Program-made: the position numbers and the translations under genes
Assembly: GCA_027063215.1 (NCBI GenBank)
Contig: JAMOSE010000140.1
Coordinates: forward strand, 1 to 38,902
DNA: 38,902 nucleotides
Source of the DNA: Sulfurimonas sp.
Lineage (GTDB): Bacteria; Campylobacterota; Campylobacteria; Campylobacterales; Sulfurimonadaceae
Direction: 5' to 3'
The notes under the pieces: generated by a model
What the model was told of the DNA's origin: nothing
Database searches by the model: none
Seen by the model: only the letters and a program-made list of their open reading frames with translations
Part shown: piece after piece, positions 9,627-19,060 of the stretch
How the letters are laid out: every line of letters starts with the position of its first letter
Position numbering within the stretch: position 1 is the first letter of the stretch

Positions 9627-10733
9627 CTATTTTTTCAGAAGTTTAACACCCATCTCCACATGATGGGTATAAGGAAACTGATCAAAAAGTGCCATAGAGA
9701 CAACATCATGTGTCTGTGTTAAAATTTCCAAATCACGATAGAGTGTCTCAGGATTACAAGAAATATAGACGATCGTCTCATATCGAGCACTAAAACGACA
9801 AGAGTACTCATCCATACCACTTCTTGGAGGATCTACAAATATAGAGTCAATACAATAATCTTCTATATCTATATCTTTCATTCGACGAAATTCCCGTACA
9901 CCATCAAGAGCTGAGACAAACTCCTCAACACTCATACGAACAAACTCTATATTTGTTACATCATTTAAAAGCATATTTGTTTTTGCTGCATTTATAGAAG
10001 ATTTTGCAATCTCTGTTGCTAAAACCTTGTTAAATAGTGTAGCAAAGGGAATCGTAAAATTTCCTGCTCCACAATAAAGCTCTAGCAGATCACTCTTCTT
10101 TTTGCCAAAAGCATTCATTGCCCAACTAATCATCTGCTCATTCACACGTGGATTTGGCTGTGTAAAAGAGTTTTCAATGTAGTTGAATTTATACTCTTTT
10201 TTCTCAATCATTAAAGACTCAGTTATAAAATCCTGCCCAATAACAACTTTTTGCTTACGAGAACGCCCAATGATATAAATTCCCAAATCCTGTGCAATTA
10301 TTTCTGCTTTTTCTTTCCAATCACTCTCAAGTTTTCTGTGATAAAGAAGAGAAACAACAATCTCACCACTGCTTGAGCTTAAAAAATCTGCACCAAAAAG
10401 TTTAAAACCCAACGCTTTTTCTTTTATAGCATTTAAAAGTTTGGGCATTAAAGCAGCAATATGTTCATTTACCTGAGGACAGAAATCTATAAGCACAACA
10501 CCTTTTTTATCCTGATGATTCATTGCATAAAAAAGGTCATCTTCAACATGCCAGATCTTAAATTCACTTCTTGAACGATAATGTTCTTGAGGAGATCTGT
10601 GTATCTCTATTGATCCACTATAATATTTTTTAAAGCGCTCTGTATTGCGTTCTATCTTCTCTTGAAGCTGTCCTTCATAACCCTTGTCATAAACACTACA
10701 AGCACCACACTGACCAAAATATTTACAATCCAA
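9627..10733 (-). CDS. trmA: tRNA/tmRNA m5U54 methyltransferase
   Basis: SFTQPN, LLELYCGAGNFT, FVDPPRSG, YISCNPETL and FDQFPYTHHVEMG motifs; TTG start with SD AAGGA. Confidence 0.92.
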   Translation of the reverse strand: MDCKYFGQCGACSVYDKGYEGQLQEKIERNTERFKKYYSGSIEIHRSPQEHYRSRSEFKIWHVEDDLFYAMNHQDKKGVVLIDFCPQVNEHIAALMPKLLNAIKEKALGFKLFGADFLSSSSGEIVVSLLYHRKLESDWKEKAEIIAQDLGIYIIGRSRKQKVVIGQDFITESLMIEKKEYKFNYIENSFTQPNPRVNEQMISWAMNAFGKKKSDLLELYCGAGNFTIPFATLFNKVLATEIAKSSINAAKTNMLLNDVTNIEFVRMSVEEFVSALDGVREFRRMKDIDIEDYCIDSIFVDPPRSGMDEYSCRFSARYETIVYISCNPETLYRDLEILTQTHDVVSMALFDQFPYTHHVEMGVKLLKK

Positions 10734-10748
10734 ACTCCATCCTTAATA

Positions 10749-11489
10749 CTATTTTATAGAGGCAATTAAATTACCGACAAGCAAGTTCCATCCATCAATT
10801 AAAACAAATATCAGGATCTTAAATGGCAAAGATATCATCACAGGAGGCAGCATCATCATACCCATAGACATCAAGATGGAAGCAACAACCATATCAATAA
10901 CAAGAAATGGTAAAAAGAGTAAAAAACCAATCTCAAATGCTGTTTTTAATTCACTGATTATAAAGGCAGGAATAACAACAGAGAGTGGCACATCTGCAAT
11001 ACTTTTTGGATTTTCCATCTTTCTTATACGTAAGAAAAGTGCCAAATCTTTCTCACGTGTATTTCGAATCATAAAGTTTTTAAATGGTAAAGATGCTTTA
11101 CTAAAAGCCTCTTCATATCCTATCTCCTCAGCAACATATGGCTTAATACCCTGCTCATATGCTTTTGTACCAATAGGCTCCATTACAAAAAAAGTCAAAA
11201 TCATCGCCAACATAACCAAGAGCTGTGTAGGTGGTACCTGTTGTGTTCCAAGAGCCTGACGTAAAAAACCAAAAACAATGACAAAACGGGTAAAAGTTGT
11301 CATTACCAACACCATAGAAGGGGCAAGTACCAAAAGTGTCAGTACAACTAATACATTAAGAGATGATACAAGCTGTGTCGGTGTATCTGGAGCAGAAAGA
11401 CTTAAATCTACAGTCGGAATAGTTACTGTATCAGCACCAAAAGCAAAACCAGACAATAGCACCAAAGAGACAAAAATTTTAAATATCAT
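10749..11489 (-). CDS. fliP: Flagellar export gate protein FliP
   Basis: MTTFTRFVIVFGFLRQALGTQQVPP, AFIISELKTAFEIGF and MGMMMLPPVMISLPFK motifs. Confidence 0.97.
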   Translation of the reverse strand: MIFKIFVSLVLLSGFAFGADTVTIPTVDLSLSAPDTPTQLVSSLNVLVVLTLLVLAPSMVLVMTTFTRFVIVFGFLRQALGTQQVPPTQLLVMLAMILTFFVMEPIGTKAYEQGIKPYVAEEIGYEEAFSKASLPFKNFMIRNTREKDLALFLRIRKMENPKSIADVPLSVVIPAFIISELKTAFEIGFLLFLPFLVIDMVVASILMSMGMMMLPPVMISLPFKILIFVLIDGWNLLVGNLIASIK

Positions 11490-11492
11490 CTT

Positions 11493-12266
11493 TTATTTAT
11501 TTACTTTATCTAAGATAGAAGTTGTTTTTTTATTGTTCTCTTCACTCTTTTGACCAAAAAAATGAAGTTCAACTCTACGATTTTTTTCACGTCCTGTTGC
11601 AGTTGCATTTGTAGCAATAGGATGATACTGTGCAAAACCGGTTGCTGACATACGTGCAGGTTCAACCCCATCTAAAATAAGTTCATGCAGTACAGAAATA
11701 GCACGTGCAGATGAAAGTTCCCAATTGTCTTTAAAGGGAGAAGATGATCCCGGATTTGTATTATCAGTATGTCCCTGAATACTTAACTGCATATCATTTG
11801 GTAATTCAGCAATAATTAAAGCAACTCGTTTTAAGAAAAGAAGTGCATCCTGATTTTCAATTGTCGCAGATCCGGGTTTAAATAAAAGTGCCGCCGGCAA
11901 TTTAATAACAAATCCATTTTCTGCTTCATCAACGGTTACTTCAGGTCCTTGTGCTTTTTCCATCATTTCATTGAGATCAGATGCTGCCTGCTGCACTCTA
12001 TTGACTGTTTCACTTGTCTCATCCTGAGACTCTATAGGAGTAGATTCTTGAATACGCTGTTTTGAAATTTCAGTTTTTGTACCACCTTCAAGCACACTCA
12101 TAGCCCCAGAAAGTGAACCTATCGCTTCAGATACTTTTTTGGCATCCATACTACTCATTGAAAGCAAAAGAACAAAGAAACAAAGGAGTAGAGACATTAA
12201 GTCTCCAAAAGCAGCAAGCCACTCAGGCATACACTCTTCACATTCAGGACATTTTTTCTTACCCAT
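11493..12266 (-). CDS. motB: Flagellar stator B subunit (PomB-like TM sequence)
   Basis: TM segment WLAAFGDLMSLLLCFFVLL with the conserved Asp; OmpA-like domain GHTD...NWELSSARA...NRRVE. ATG at 12266 preferred over TTG at 12269. Confidence 0.93.
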   Translation of the reverse strand: MGKKKCPECEECMPEWLAAFGDLMSLLLCFFVLLLSMSSMDAKKVSEAIGSLSGAMSVLEGGTKTEISKQRIQESTPIESQDETSETVNRVQQAASDLNEMMEKAQGPEVTVDEAENGFVIKLPAALLFKPGSATIENQDALLFLKRVALIIAELPNDMQLSIQGHTDNTNPGSSSPFKDNWELSSARAISVLHELILDGVEPARMSATGFAQYHPIATNATATGREKNRRVELHFFGQKSEENNKKTTSILDKVNK

Positions 12267-12277
12267 CAATCTTCACT

Positions 12278-13042
12278 TTAATCAAATTGACTGACACGAT
12301 CAGACGGTGCAAGATAAGCAAGTAGTTTTGCTTCGAGTACACGAGGTGCATCCCCTGATTGAATGGACATAATACCTTCAAGTATCATCTCTTTTACCAT
12401 TGTTTCATCATCATTACGAATCCCAAGAATCGTTGAGATTGGTCCACCAAAAATATTACCAATCATCGCTCCATACATTGTTGTAAGAAGGGCTACCGCC
12501 ATCGACGGACCAATTGCTGAAGGATCTGCCATATTTAAAAGCATCGCAACCAGACCAATCAGTGTACCAATCATCCCCATCGCTCCGGCAAGCCCTGACC
12601 ATTGACTAAAGATAGAACCATGCACTTTATGACGAGTACTTGTCTGCTCCATCTCAATTTCTAAAAGTTCACGAATAGTATCAGGTTCATTTCCATCAAT
12701 TGCCATGGAAAGCCCTTTTTTCAAAAAATCATTCTCTTCATTGTTTACATCACCTTCCAATGCAAGAATCCCATCTTTTCTTGCTTTTGTGGCAAATTCA
12801 ACAAGTTTTTTAATCAGTTCACCGACATCTTCTTCACCAGGTTTGATAGCCTTCATAAAGATCTTTGTAAACTGCTTCATTTGAACAGGTTTAAACGCAA
12901 CCATCAATGCACCGATACTACCACCGACAACAATCAGTACGGAAGGAATATCGATATATGCACCAATACCAACACCCATAACCATAGCACCCAAAAGAAG
13001 TGCCATAATCAATACAAGACCAATGACCGTACCTAAATCCAT
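12278..13042 (-). CDS. motA: Flagellar stator A subunit (PomA-like)
   Basis: ARKDGILALE, GMIGTLIGLVAML and AVALLTTMYG motifs; SD AAGG. Confidence 0.95.
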   Translation of the reverse strand: MDLGTVIGLVLIMALLLGAMVMGVGIGAYIDIPSVLIVVGGSIGALMVAFKPVQMKQFTKIFMKAIKPGEEDVGELIKKLVEFATKARKDGILALEGDVNNEENDFLKKGLSMAIDGNEPDTIRELLEIEMEQTSTRHKVHGSIFSQWSGLAGAMGMIGTLIGLVAMLLNMADPSAIGPSMAVALLTTMYGAMIGNIFGGPISTILGIRNDDETMVKEMILEGIMSIQSGDAPRVLEAKLLAYLAPSDRVSQFD

Positions 13043-13074
13043 TTATTTACCTTAACAAAAATTATTATTATCTT

Positions 13075-13083
13075 ATAATACCA
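13075..13083 (-). promoter_or_regulatory. Candidate extended -10 (TGgTATTAT) for motA
   Basis: Motif about 33 nt upstream of the motA ATG in an AT-rich spacer. Confidence 0.35.
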
Positions 13084-13113
13084 CAAAAATTATTAGTGTG
13101 AGGGAAATAAGCA

Positions 13114-14709
13114 TCATTTTTGTAAAATATCCATATCTTTTTTATAAACATCTGTTTGAACATTAAATATACCAAGAAGCGTATGAAAAAGGTTGTCTTG
13201 TGAATACGTTTTGTTCCTTCTTTTACGCAGTGCATCCTGATCTATCTCTTTGGACATATTTGGACCTAACCACATAAGCGCCCCAATATGCGTTTGAGCA
13301 TCCGGTGCCATAAAATATGGTAAACCATGGAGATAAACACCGCCTTCCCCAAGGCTCTCTCCATGATCTGCCATATAAATCATACCTACATCATAACGGT
13401 TCTCATAGCTTTTTAAAAATTTTATAACCTGATCTAAAAAATAGTCTGTATATAAAATTGCATTATCATAAGCATTGATAATCTCTTGCTGTGTACACTC
13501 TTCAACTTGATTTGTTTCACATATCGGCTTAAATTTTTCAAAAGCTTTAGGATAGCGTTTAAAATATGCCGGACCATGATTTCCCATCTGGTGCAGTACA
13601 ATTAAGATATCTTTACCCTTGTTCTTTTCAATGAACTTATCAAGTCCAACAAGCATACCGACATCTCTACACTCCCCTTCAATACAGATAGAATTGTTTT
13701 TTGGAATTTTAAAATCTTGATATGGTACACGCAGTGCGACACCTTTTGAATCAGAATTATTATCTCTCCATAAAATTGCCACATCTTTCGTATGTTTGAG
13801 CACATCTAAAACATTCTCGGTTGTAATACCTTTTTTATAACTGTAATCACCTCTATCATACATAGAAAACATACACGGAACAGACTCTGCTGTCGAAGTT
13901 CCACAAGAACTCATATTTGTAAAGTCAATAACGTCATCTTTTGCTAAAAGCGGATTGGTCTCTCTTGTGTAATCATTAAGTGAGAAGTGATCAGCACGTG
14001 CTGCTTCACCAACAACCATAATAACAAGCTTTGAACGATTCGCATCAGAATGTTTAATAATTTTTGCATCTTCTCCAATCGGTTTAACAATAATAGGTCC
14101 GCTGTTAAATGTTTTGTTTATGTATTTTCCCGTTGAATATATCCAATAAGCAGGATTAACAGTGTAACGAAGTGGTTTATGCTCTCGGAAAAACGATGTA
14201 TAGTGTTTACTAAAGAGGAAAATTGAAGCACCAATAACTGCTACAGAGAGTAAAATCAATTTTAAACGTGAAAAAAGTTCCACTTTAAAAGCTTGTCTTT
14301 TTATCTCAACCTTATAAACATATACAGAAGGTAAAAGGCCTAGACATATAAAATAGAGCATCTGCTTGAGTGTTAAAAGATCCAAAGACTCATGCATATT
14401 TGTCTGCATCATATTTCGAATCATACTGTCATCTATAACTACATTGTAACTATTCATAAAATAATTTGTTACAGAAGATATCAATAAAACAACAATTAAA
14501 ACAGGTTTAATTGTCCATCGATTACTAAGCAGACTCAAAAGCAGTACATGAAAAAAGTAAAGAACAAAAACAATGGAAACAAGAAAACCAAAATTTTCAC
14601 TCAACGGATATACTTTTACCAAATTAACAAAAAAAGTATAATTATCAAATAAAACAAGAAAAAGCGTTGTAATTAAGATAAGATTTGTTTGTGTTATTTT
14701 TTTTATCAA
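13114..14709 (-). CDS. eptA: Phosphoethanolamine transferase (EptA/EptC family)
   Basis: Five N-terminal TM segments, FFREHKPLRY, VVGEAARADH, catalytic Thr in SCGTSTAESVPCMF, HQMGNHGPAY and DHGESLGE..YLHG; TTG start. Confidence 0.92.
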   Translation of the reverse strand: MIKKITQTNLILITTLFLVLFDNYTFFVNLVKVYPLSENFGFLVSIVFVLYFFHVLLLSLLSNRWTIKPVLIVVLLISSVTNYFMNSYNVVIDDSMIRNMMQTNMHESLDLLTLKQMLYFICLGLLPSVYVYKVEIKRQAFKVELFSRLKLILLSVAVIGASIFLFSKHYTSFFREHKPLRYTVNPAYWIYSTGKYINKTFNSGPIIVKPIGEDAKIIKHSDANRSKLVIMVVGEAARADHFSLNDYTRETNPLLAKDDVIDFTNMSSCGTSTAESVPCMFSMYDRGDYSYKKGITTENVLDVLKHTKDVAILWRDNNSDSKGVALRVPYQDFKIPKNNSICIEGECRDVGMLVGLDKFIEKNKGKDILIVLHQMGNHGPAYFKRYPKAFEKFKPICETNQVEECTQQEIINAYDNAILYTDYFLDQVIKFLKSYENRYDVGMIYMADHGESLGEGGVYLHGLPYFMAPDAQTHIGALMWLGPNMSKEIDQDALRKRRNKTYSQDNLFHTLLGIFNVQTDVYKKDMDILQK

Positions 14710-14733
14710 AGGATGTTCTCTTTATTTTTTAAG

Positions 14734-14739
14734 ATTATA
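14734..14739 (-). promoter_or_regulatory. Candidate -10 (TATAAT) for eptA
   Basis: Perfect hexamer 25 nt upstream of the TTG in the divergent eptA/glmU spacer. Confidence 0.45.
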
Positions 14740-14781
14740 CCTTTATATAATGAATAATAAATGAAATACTAAAATAAAAAA

Positions 14782-14790
14782 TGGTAAAAT
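14782..14790 (+). promoter_or_regulatory. Extended -10 (TGgTAAAAT) for glmU
   Basis: Matches the Campylobacterota sigma70 TGnTAnAAT consensus, 33 nt before the ATG. Confidence 0.55.
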
Positions 14791-14823
14791 CATTTTACAA
14801 AATTATTAATAAAAAGATTATAA

Positions 14824-16128
14824 ATGAATAATAACTCTATCAGTATCGTTATCTTAGCAGCGGGGAAAGGTTCTCGCATGAAGTCAAACAAAGCAAAAGT
14901 TTTACATGAGATTAGTGGAAAACCTATGCTCTATCACATAATAAAAGAGTCAAAAAAACTCTCAGATGATATCACTGTTGTCGTTGCACATCAAAAAGAA
15001 GCTGTTATCAAAAGTATGCAAGCATATTTTCATGATATCAATTTTATAGAACAAGATGCACAAAACTATCCAGGGACAGGTGGAGCTGTTATGGATATAG
15101 CTCCAAAATATGAAAAAGTTTTAGTTTTAAATGGTGATATGCCACTGATTACTGCTGAAGCACTCAAAGGTTTTCTAGAGATTCATGCAGATATTATTAT
15201 GAGTATCTTTGATTTAGAAGATCCAAGCGGATATGGTCGTGTTGTTATTCGCAACCAAGAAGTAGAATATATTGTAGAACAAAAAGATGCAAGTGAAGCA
15301 GAACTCAATGTAACAACAGTTAATGCAGGTATATATGCTTTTTCACGCTCAATTCTTGATCGATATATTCCAGATCTTGAGAATGACAATGCGCAACAGG
15401 AGTATTATCTTACAGACATTATTGCAATGGCAAAAGAAGAAGAAGCTTCTATTGTCCCTCTTTTAGTCGATGAAGAACACTTTAAAGGAGTTAACTCTAA
15501 AAAAGATTTGGCTCAAGCTGAAGTGATTATGCAGCAGCGTATAAAAAACAGATGGATGGAAGCAGGTGTAACAATGCAATTGCCTGAGACTATTTATATT
15601 GAAGAAAGTGTTGTTTTTGAAGGAGAGTGCAAGATAGAGAACAACTGTCGTATTACCGGAGAGAGTAGAATTACAGACTCCCATATAAAAGCAGGCAGTG
15701 TTGTAGAAGACAGCATAATGCAAAACTCAGACTGTGGACCTATGGCACATCTGCGTCCTGCTTCAGAGATTATCGATACACATATAGGCAACTTTGTGGA
15801 GACAAAAAAAGCAAAACTCAATGGTGTAAAAGCTGGTCATCTCAGCTATATAGGCGATGCAGAAGTAGATACAGGAACAAATATAGGTGCAGGTACAATT
15901 ACCTGTAACTATGATGGTAAGAATAAATTTAAAACTACAATTGGAAAAGATGTTTTTATCGGTAGTGACACACAGCTTGTTGCTCCAGTCACGATAGAAG
16001 ACAATGTTATGATCGCAGCAGGAACAACAGTAACAAGCGGTACAATAAAAAGTGGAAATCTTGTTCTAAGTCGTACAAAAATGCGTTTGGTAAAAGACTT
16101 TTATTATAAGTTTTTTGGTAAAAAATAG
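14824..16128 (+). CDS. glmU: Bifunctional GlcNAc-1-P uridyltransferase/acetyltransferase
   Basis: LAAGKGSRMKS..KVLH, GTGGAV, LNGDMP, EYYLTD, and hexapeptide repeats with GNFVETKK and HLSYIGDA. Confidence 0.97.
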   Translation: MNNNSISIVILAAGKGSRMKSNKAKVLHEISGKPMLYHIIKESKKLSDDITVVVAHQKEAVIKSMQAYFHDINFIEQDAQNYPGTGGAVMDIAPKYEKVLVLNGDMPLITAEALKGFLEIHADIIMSIFDLEDPSGYGRVVIRNQEVEYIVEQKDASEAELNVTTVNAGIYAFSRSILDRYIPDLENDNAQQEYYLTDIIAMAKEEEASIVPLLVDEEHFKGVNSKKDLAQAEVIMQQRIKNRWMEAGVTMQLPETIYIEESVVFEGECKIENNCRITGESRITDSHIKAGSVVEDSIMQNSDCGPMAHLRPASEIIDTHIGNFVETKKAKLNGVKAGHLSYIGDAEVDTGTNIGAGTITCNYDGKNKFKTTIGKDVFIGSDTQLVAPVTIEDNVMIAAGTTVTSGTIKSGNLVLSRTKMRLVKDFYYKFFGKK

Positions 16129-16148
16129 ATATTTTACAAAAAATAAAA

Positions 16149-16178
16149 AGTAGATATCTCATAAGTGAGTTATCTGCT
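16149..16178. terminator. Stem-loop after glmU (candidate intrinsic terminator; T-tract lies on the - strand)
   Basis: AGTAGATATCTCA-TAAG-TGAGTTATCTGCT, preceded by an A-rich run on the + strand. Confidence 0.5.
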
Positions 16179-16244
16179 AAATTTACAAACTTCAAATTGA
16201 TATTAACCAATATAAACACACCCCTATAAAATCTAAGATTTTTT

Positions 16245-16253
16245 TGATAAAAT
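16245..16253 (+). promoter_or_regulatory. Extended -10 (TGaTAAAAT) for the coaBC operon
   Basis: Consensus motif 24 nt before the coaBC ATG. Confidence 0.55.
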
Positions 16254-16277
16254 ATCACTAAAAATAGAAAGTTTTCA

Positions 16278-17558
16278 ATGCATATTCCAGAAACTCTACT
16301 TAAAAATAAAAAAATCCTTTTAGCCGTTACCGGTTCAATTGCTATATACAAATCACTTGAAATGGTACGCTACTTTGTAAAAGCAGGTGCTCAGGTACGT
16401 GTTGTTATGAGTGAAAGTGCAAAAAAATTCATCACTCCCCTTACTTTTGAAACACTGACATCCAACAAAGTTTTAGATGATACAAATGAAGACTGGTCAA
16501 ATGATTTTAACCATATTAAAATCACTGAATGGGCAGATATTATGGTTATAGCTCCGGCAACGGCAAACACAGTTGCCAAACTTGCCAATGCTATAGCTGA
16601 TACTATGTTACTGCAATGTGCCCTTGCCTACTCCGGTATGAAAATTCTTGCTCCATCAGCAAATACAAATATGATTCAAAACCCAATTACGCAGGCAAAT
16701 TTCAAGATGCTTGGTATTGCAAATTATACAATCTTAGATACGCAGATAAAAGAGCTTGCCTGCAAAACTACAGGTGATGGAGCAATGGCGGAACCTCTTG
16801 ATATCTTTTATGCTACAGCGAGAGAACTCTTAAAAGAGGAGTTTTGGACAGATAGACGTGTTATTGTCACTGGTGGCGGAACCATTGAAAAGATTGATGA
16901 TGTACGTTATATTTCAAACTTTTCAAGCGGTAAAATGGCAAGTTCCTTAGCAACGGCACTCCATTTAAAAGGTGCAGATGTTAACCTAATAGCAACACGT
17001 TTTGAAAGCGATCTGCCACGCAATATGCATAAAATCGAAGTAGAGAGTTCAGAAGAGATGTTGGAATACCTTGTTGATTCCATTCGTATTGCAAAAAAAG
17101 CAAAACTTTCCAAACCAACGCTTATGCGTGATGAACATATTCATCTTATTCAAAAAAAGCCCTATCTTTTTATGGCAGCTGCTGTCAGTGATTATATTCC
17201 AAAATTTCAACAAAACGGAAAACTTAAAAAAGAGATGCTTGGCGAGAGTTGGTCACTAGAGTTGAAAAAAAATATTGACATACTCTCTTCTATTGATAAA
17301 GAAGGTATCACTGTTATCGGTTTTAAAGCAGAAATGGATAGAGAAAAAGCAAAAGAAAATGCAAAAGAGATGCTCAAAAGAAAAAAAATTGACGCAGTAT
17401 GTTTAAATATTTTAGAAAATTCTAAAAGTTTTGGAACTACAGAAAATGAGATAGAGTTTATTACAAAAAACAGTGAATTTTTACTTCCTAAAGAAGATAA
17501 ACTTGCACTCTCATTTAAAATAATGCAAAATGCAAAAGCACTGCAGGGAGATGCATAG
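16278..17558 (+). CDS. coaBC: Phosphopantothenoylcysteine decarboxylase/synthetase
   Basis: TGSIAIYK, APATAN, PSANTNM, LACKTTGDG, EKIDDVRYISNFSSGKM, AAVSDY and GFKAE motifs. Confidence 0.96.
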   Translation: MHIPETLLKNKKILLAVTGSIAIYKSLEMVRYFVKAGAQVRVVMSESAKKFITPLTFETLTSNKVLDDTNEDWSNDFNHIKITEWADIMVIAPATANTVAKLANAIADTMLLQCALAYSGMKILAPSANTNMIQNPITQANFKMLGIANYTILDTQIKELACKTTGDGAMAEPLDIFYATARELLKEEFWTDRRVIVTGGGTIEKIDDVRYISNFSSGKMASSLATALHLKGADVNLIATRFESDLPRNMHKIEVESSEEMLEYLVDSIRIAKKAKLSKPTLMRDEHIHLIQKKPYLFMAAAVSDYIPKFQQNGKLKKEMLGESWSLELKKNIDILSSIDKEGITVIGFKAEMDREKAKENAKEMLKRKKIDAVCLNILENSKSFGTTENEIEFITKNSEFLLPKEDKLALSFKIMQNAKALQGDA

Positions 17559-18239
17559 ATGAACAGAGCAAAACATATTGCAATTATTATGGATGGAAAT
17601 GGTCGATGGGCTGAACTTCAAGATAAAAAACGTGTCAAAGGGCATGAAGCTGGTGCAAAAGTTGTTAAAGAGATAACAACATACTGTTCTAACAATGATG
17701 AAATTGAACGTCTTACTCTCTATGCATTTTCAACAGAAAACTGGAAACGCCCTCGTCTTGAAGTAGAATTCTTAATGAAACTACTTGATAATTATCTCAA
17801 AAAAGAACTTCCTGTTTATCTCCAGAACAATGTCCGTTTTGAACCAATAGGGGATATTCGTGCTTTCTCAAAGTCACTCCAAAAAACTATTAAAATGGTT
17901 GAAGAAAAAACTGCTCATTGTGATGGTCTTGTACAATCACTAGCTCTTAATTACGGATCACAAGATGAAATAATTCGGGCAGTAAACACTCTAAAATCAG
18001 CAGAAACTGAAAATATCACGCTAGAAATGCTCAACAATGCACTCGACTGCAAACATGATGTTGATCTACTCATACGAACCGGAGGGGACAAACGCCTCTC
18101 AAACTTTTTGCTTTGGCAAGCAGCGTATGCAGAACTTTTTTTTATAGACACACTCTGGCCAGATTTTACAACAAAAGAGTTAGAAAAAATAATTAAAAAA
18201 TTTAAAAAAATCGAACGACGATTTGGAGGATTAAAATAG
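17559..18239 (+). CDS. uppS: Undecaprenyl diphosphate synthase
   Basis: HIAIIMDGNGRWA, YAFSTENWKRP, IRTGGDKRLSNFLLWQ and RRFGG motifs. Confidence 0.97.
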   Translation: MNRAKHIAIIMDGNGRWAELQDKKRVKGHEAGAKVVKEITTYCSNNDEIERLTLYAFSTENWKRPRLEVEFLMKLLDNYLKKELPVYLQNNVRFEPIGDIRAFSKSLQKTIKMVEEKTAHCDGLVQSLALNYGSQDEIIRAVNTLKSAETENITLEMLNNALDCKHDVDLLIRTGGDKRLSNFLLWQAAYAELFFIDTLWPDFTTKELEKIIKKFKKIERRFGGLK

Positions 18240-19060
18240 TGGATATCAATCTCATTATAGCTTTTGTTTTAGGACTCTTAATTGGTTCCTTTTTAAATGT
18301 TGTTATTATTCGAATACCAAAACAAGAGAGTGTCGTTTTTGGATCCTCACACTGTGTTCGCTGTAATCATAAACTGCAACCATGGCATAATATTCCCCTT
18401 TTTTCATGGTTGTTTCTGCGTGGAAAGTGTGCCTATTGTAAAACACCTATATCTATACAATACCCTGTAATTGAGCTACTCTCAGCACTTCTTTTTGTAG
18501 TAATTGCCAATAAATACGGTCTAACACTTCCTGCTTTGAGTATTGCTATGAGTTTTTTAATGCTTCTAGCTCTCTCGGTAATTGATTTTAAATATAAAAT
18601 GGTTCCTGATTCCCTCAACCTTTTAGCTATCTTTTTTGCTGTTTGTGGTGCTTGGAGTATTGAAGGAGTTATACATAACTTTCAAAATGCTCTTCTTTTT
18701 ATGGGTGGTTTCACACTCCTTCGTTTTGTCCTTTCCTACTATCTTACATCATCAATATTTCGTGCAGGGCTCAAAACAAAAACATCATGGAATAAGCATT
18801 ATGACAGAACCCCTTTCATTGAAGCTATGGGAGAGGGCGATATTATGGTTGCAGCCACAATGGGAGCACTGTTAGGTGGTGAACTTGGACTTGTTGCTAT
18901 TTTTATCTCTGCTCTTTTGGCACTGCCAATCATGATCTTACTACTTGGACGCTCAGCTGAAGAACAGCGAGTACCTTATGTTCCTTTTTTAGCGATGGCG
19001 ACATTTATAGTCTTTTTGTATGATTCACAAATTATGAATTACATAAGAGCAAATTACTGA
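18239..19060 (+). CDS. Prepilin peptidase/methyltransferase (A24 family)
   Basis: GSFLNVVIIRIP, two CxxC zinc motifs, catalytic Asp in VIDFK and MGEGD, PYVPFL; GTG start overlapping the uppS stop. Confidence 0.92.
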   Translation: MDINLIIAFVLGLLIGSFLNVVIIRIPKQESVVFGSSHCVRCNHKLQPWHNIPLFSWLFLRGKCAYCKTPISIQYPVIELLSALLFVVIANKYGLTLPALSIAMSFLMLLALSVIDFKYKMVPDSLNLLAIFFAVCGAWSIEGVIHNFQNALLFMGGFTLLRFVLSYYLTSSIFRAGLKTKTSWNKHYDRTPFIEAMGEGDIMVAATMGALLGGELGLVAIFISALLALPIMILLLGRSAEEQRVPYVPFLAMATFIVFLYDSQIMNYIRANY

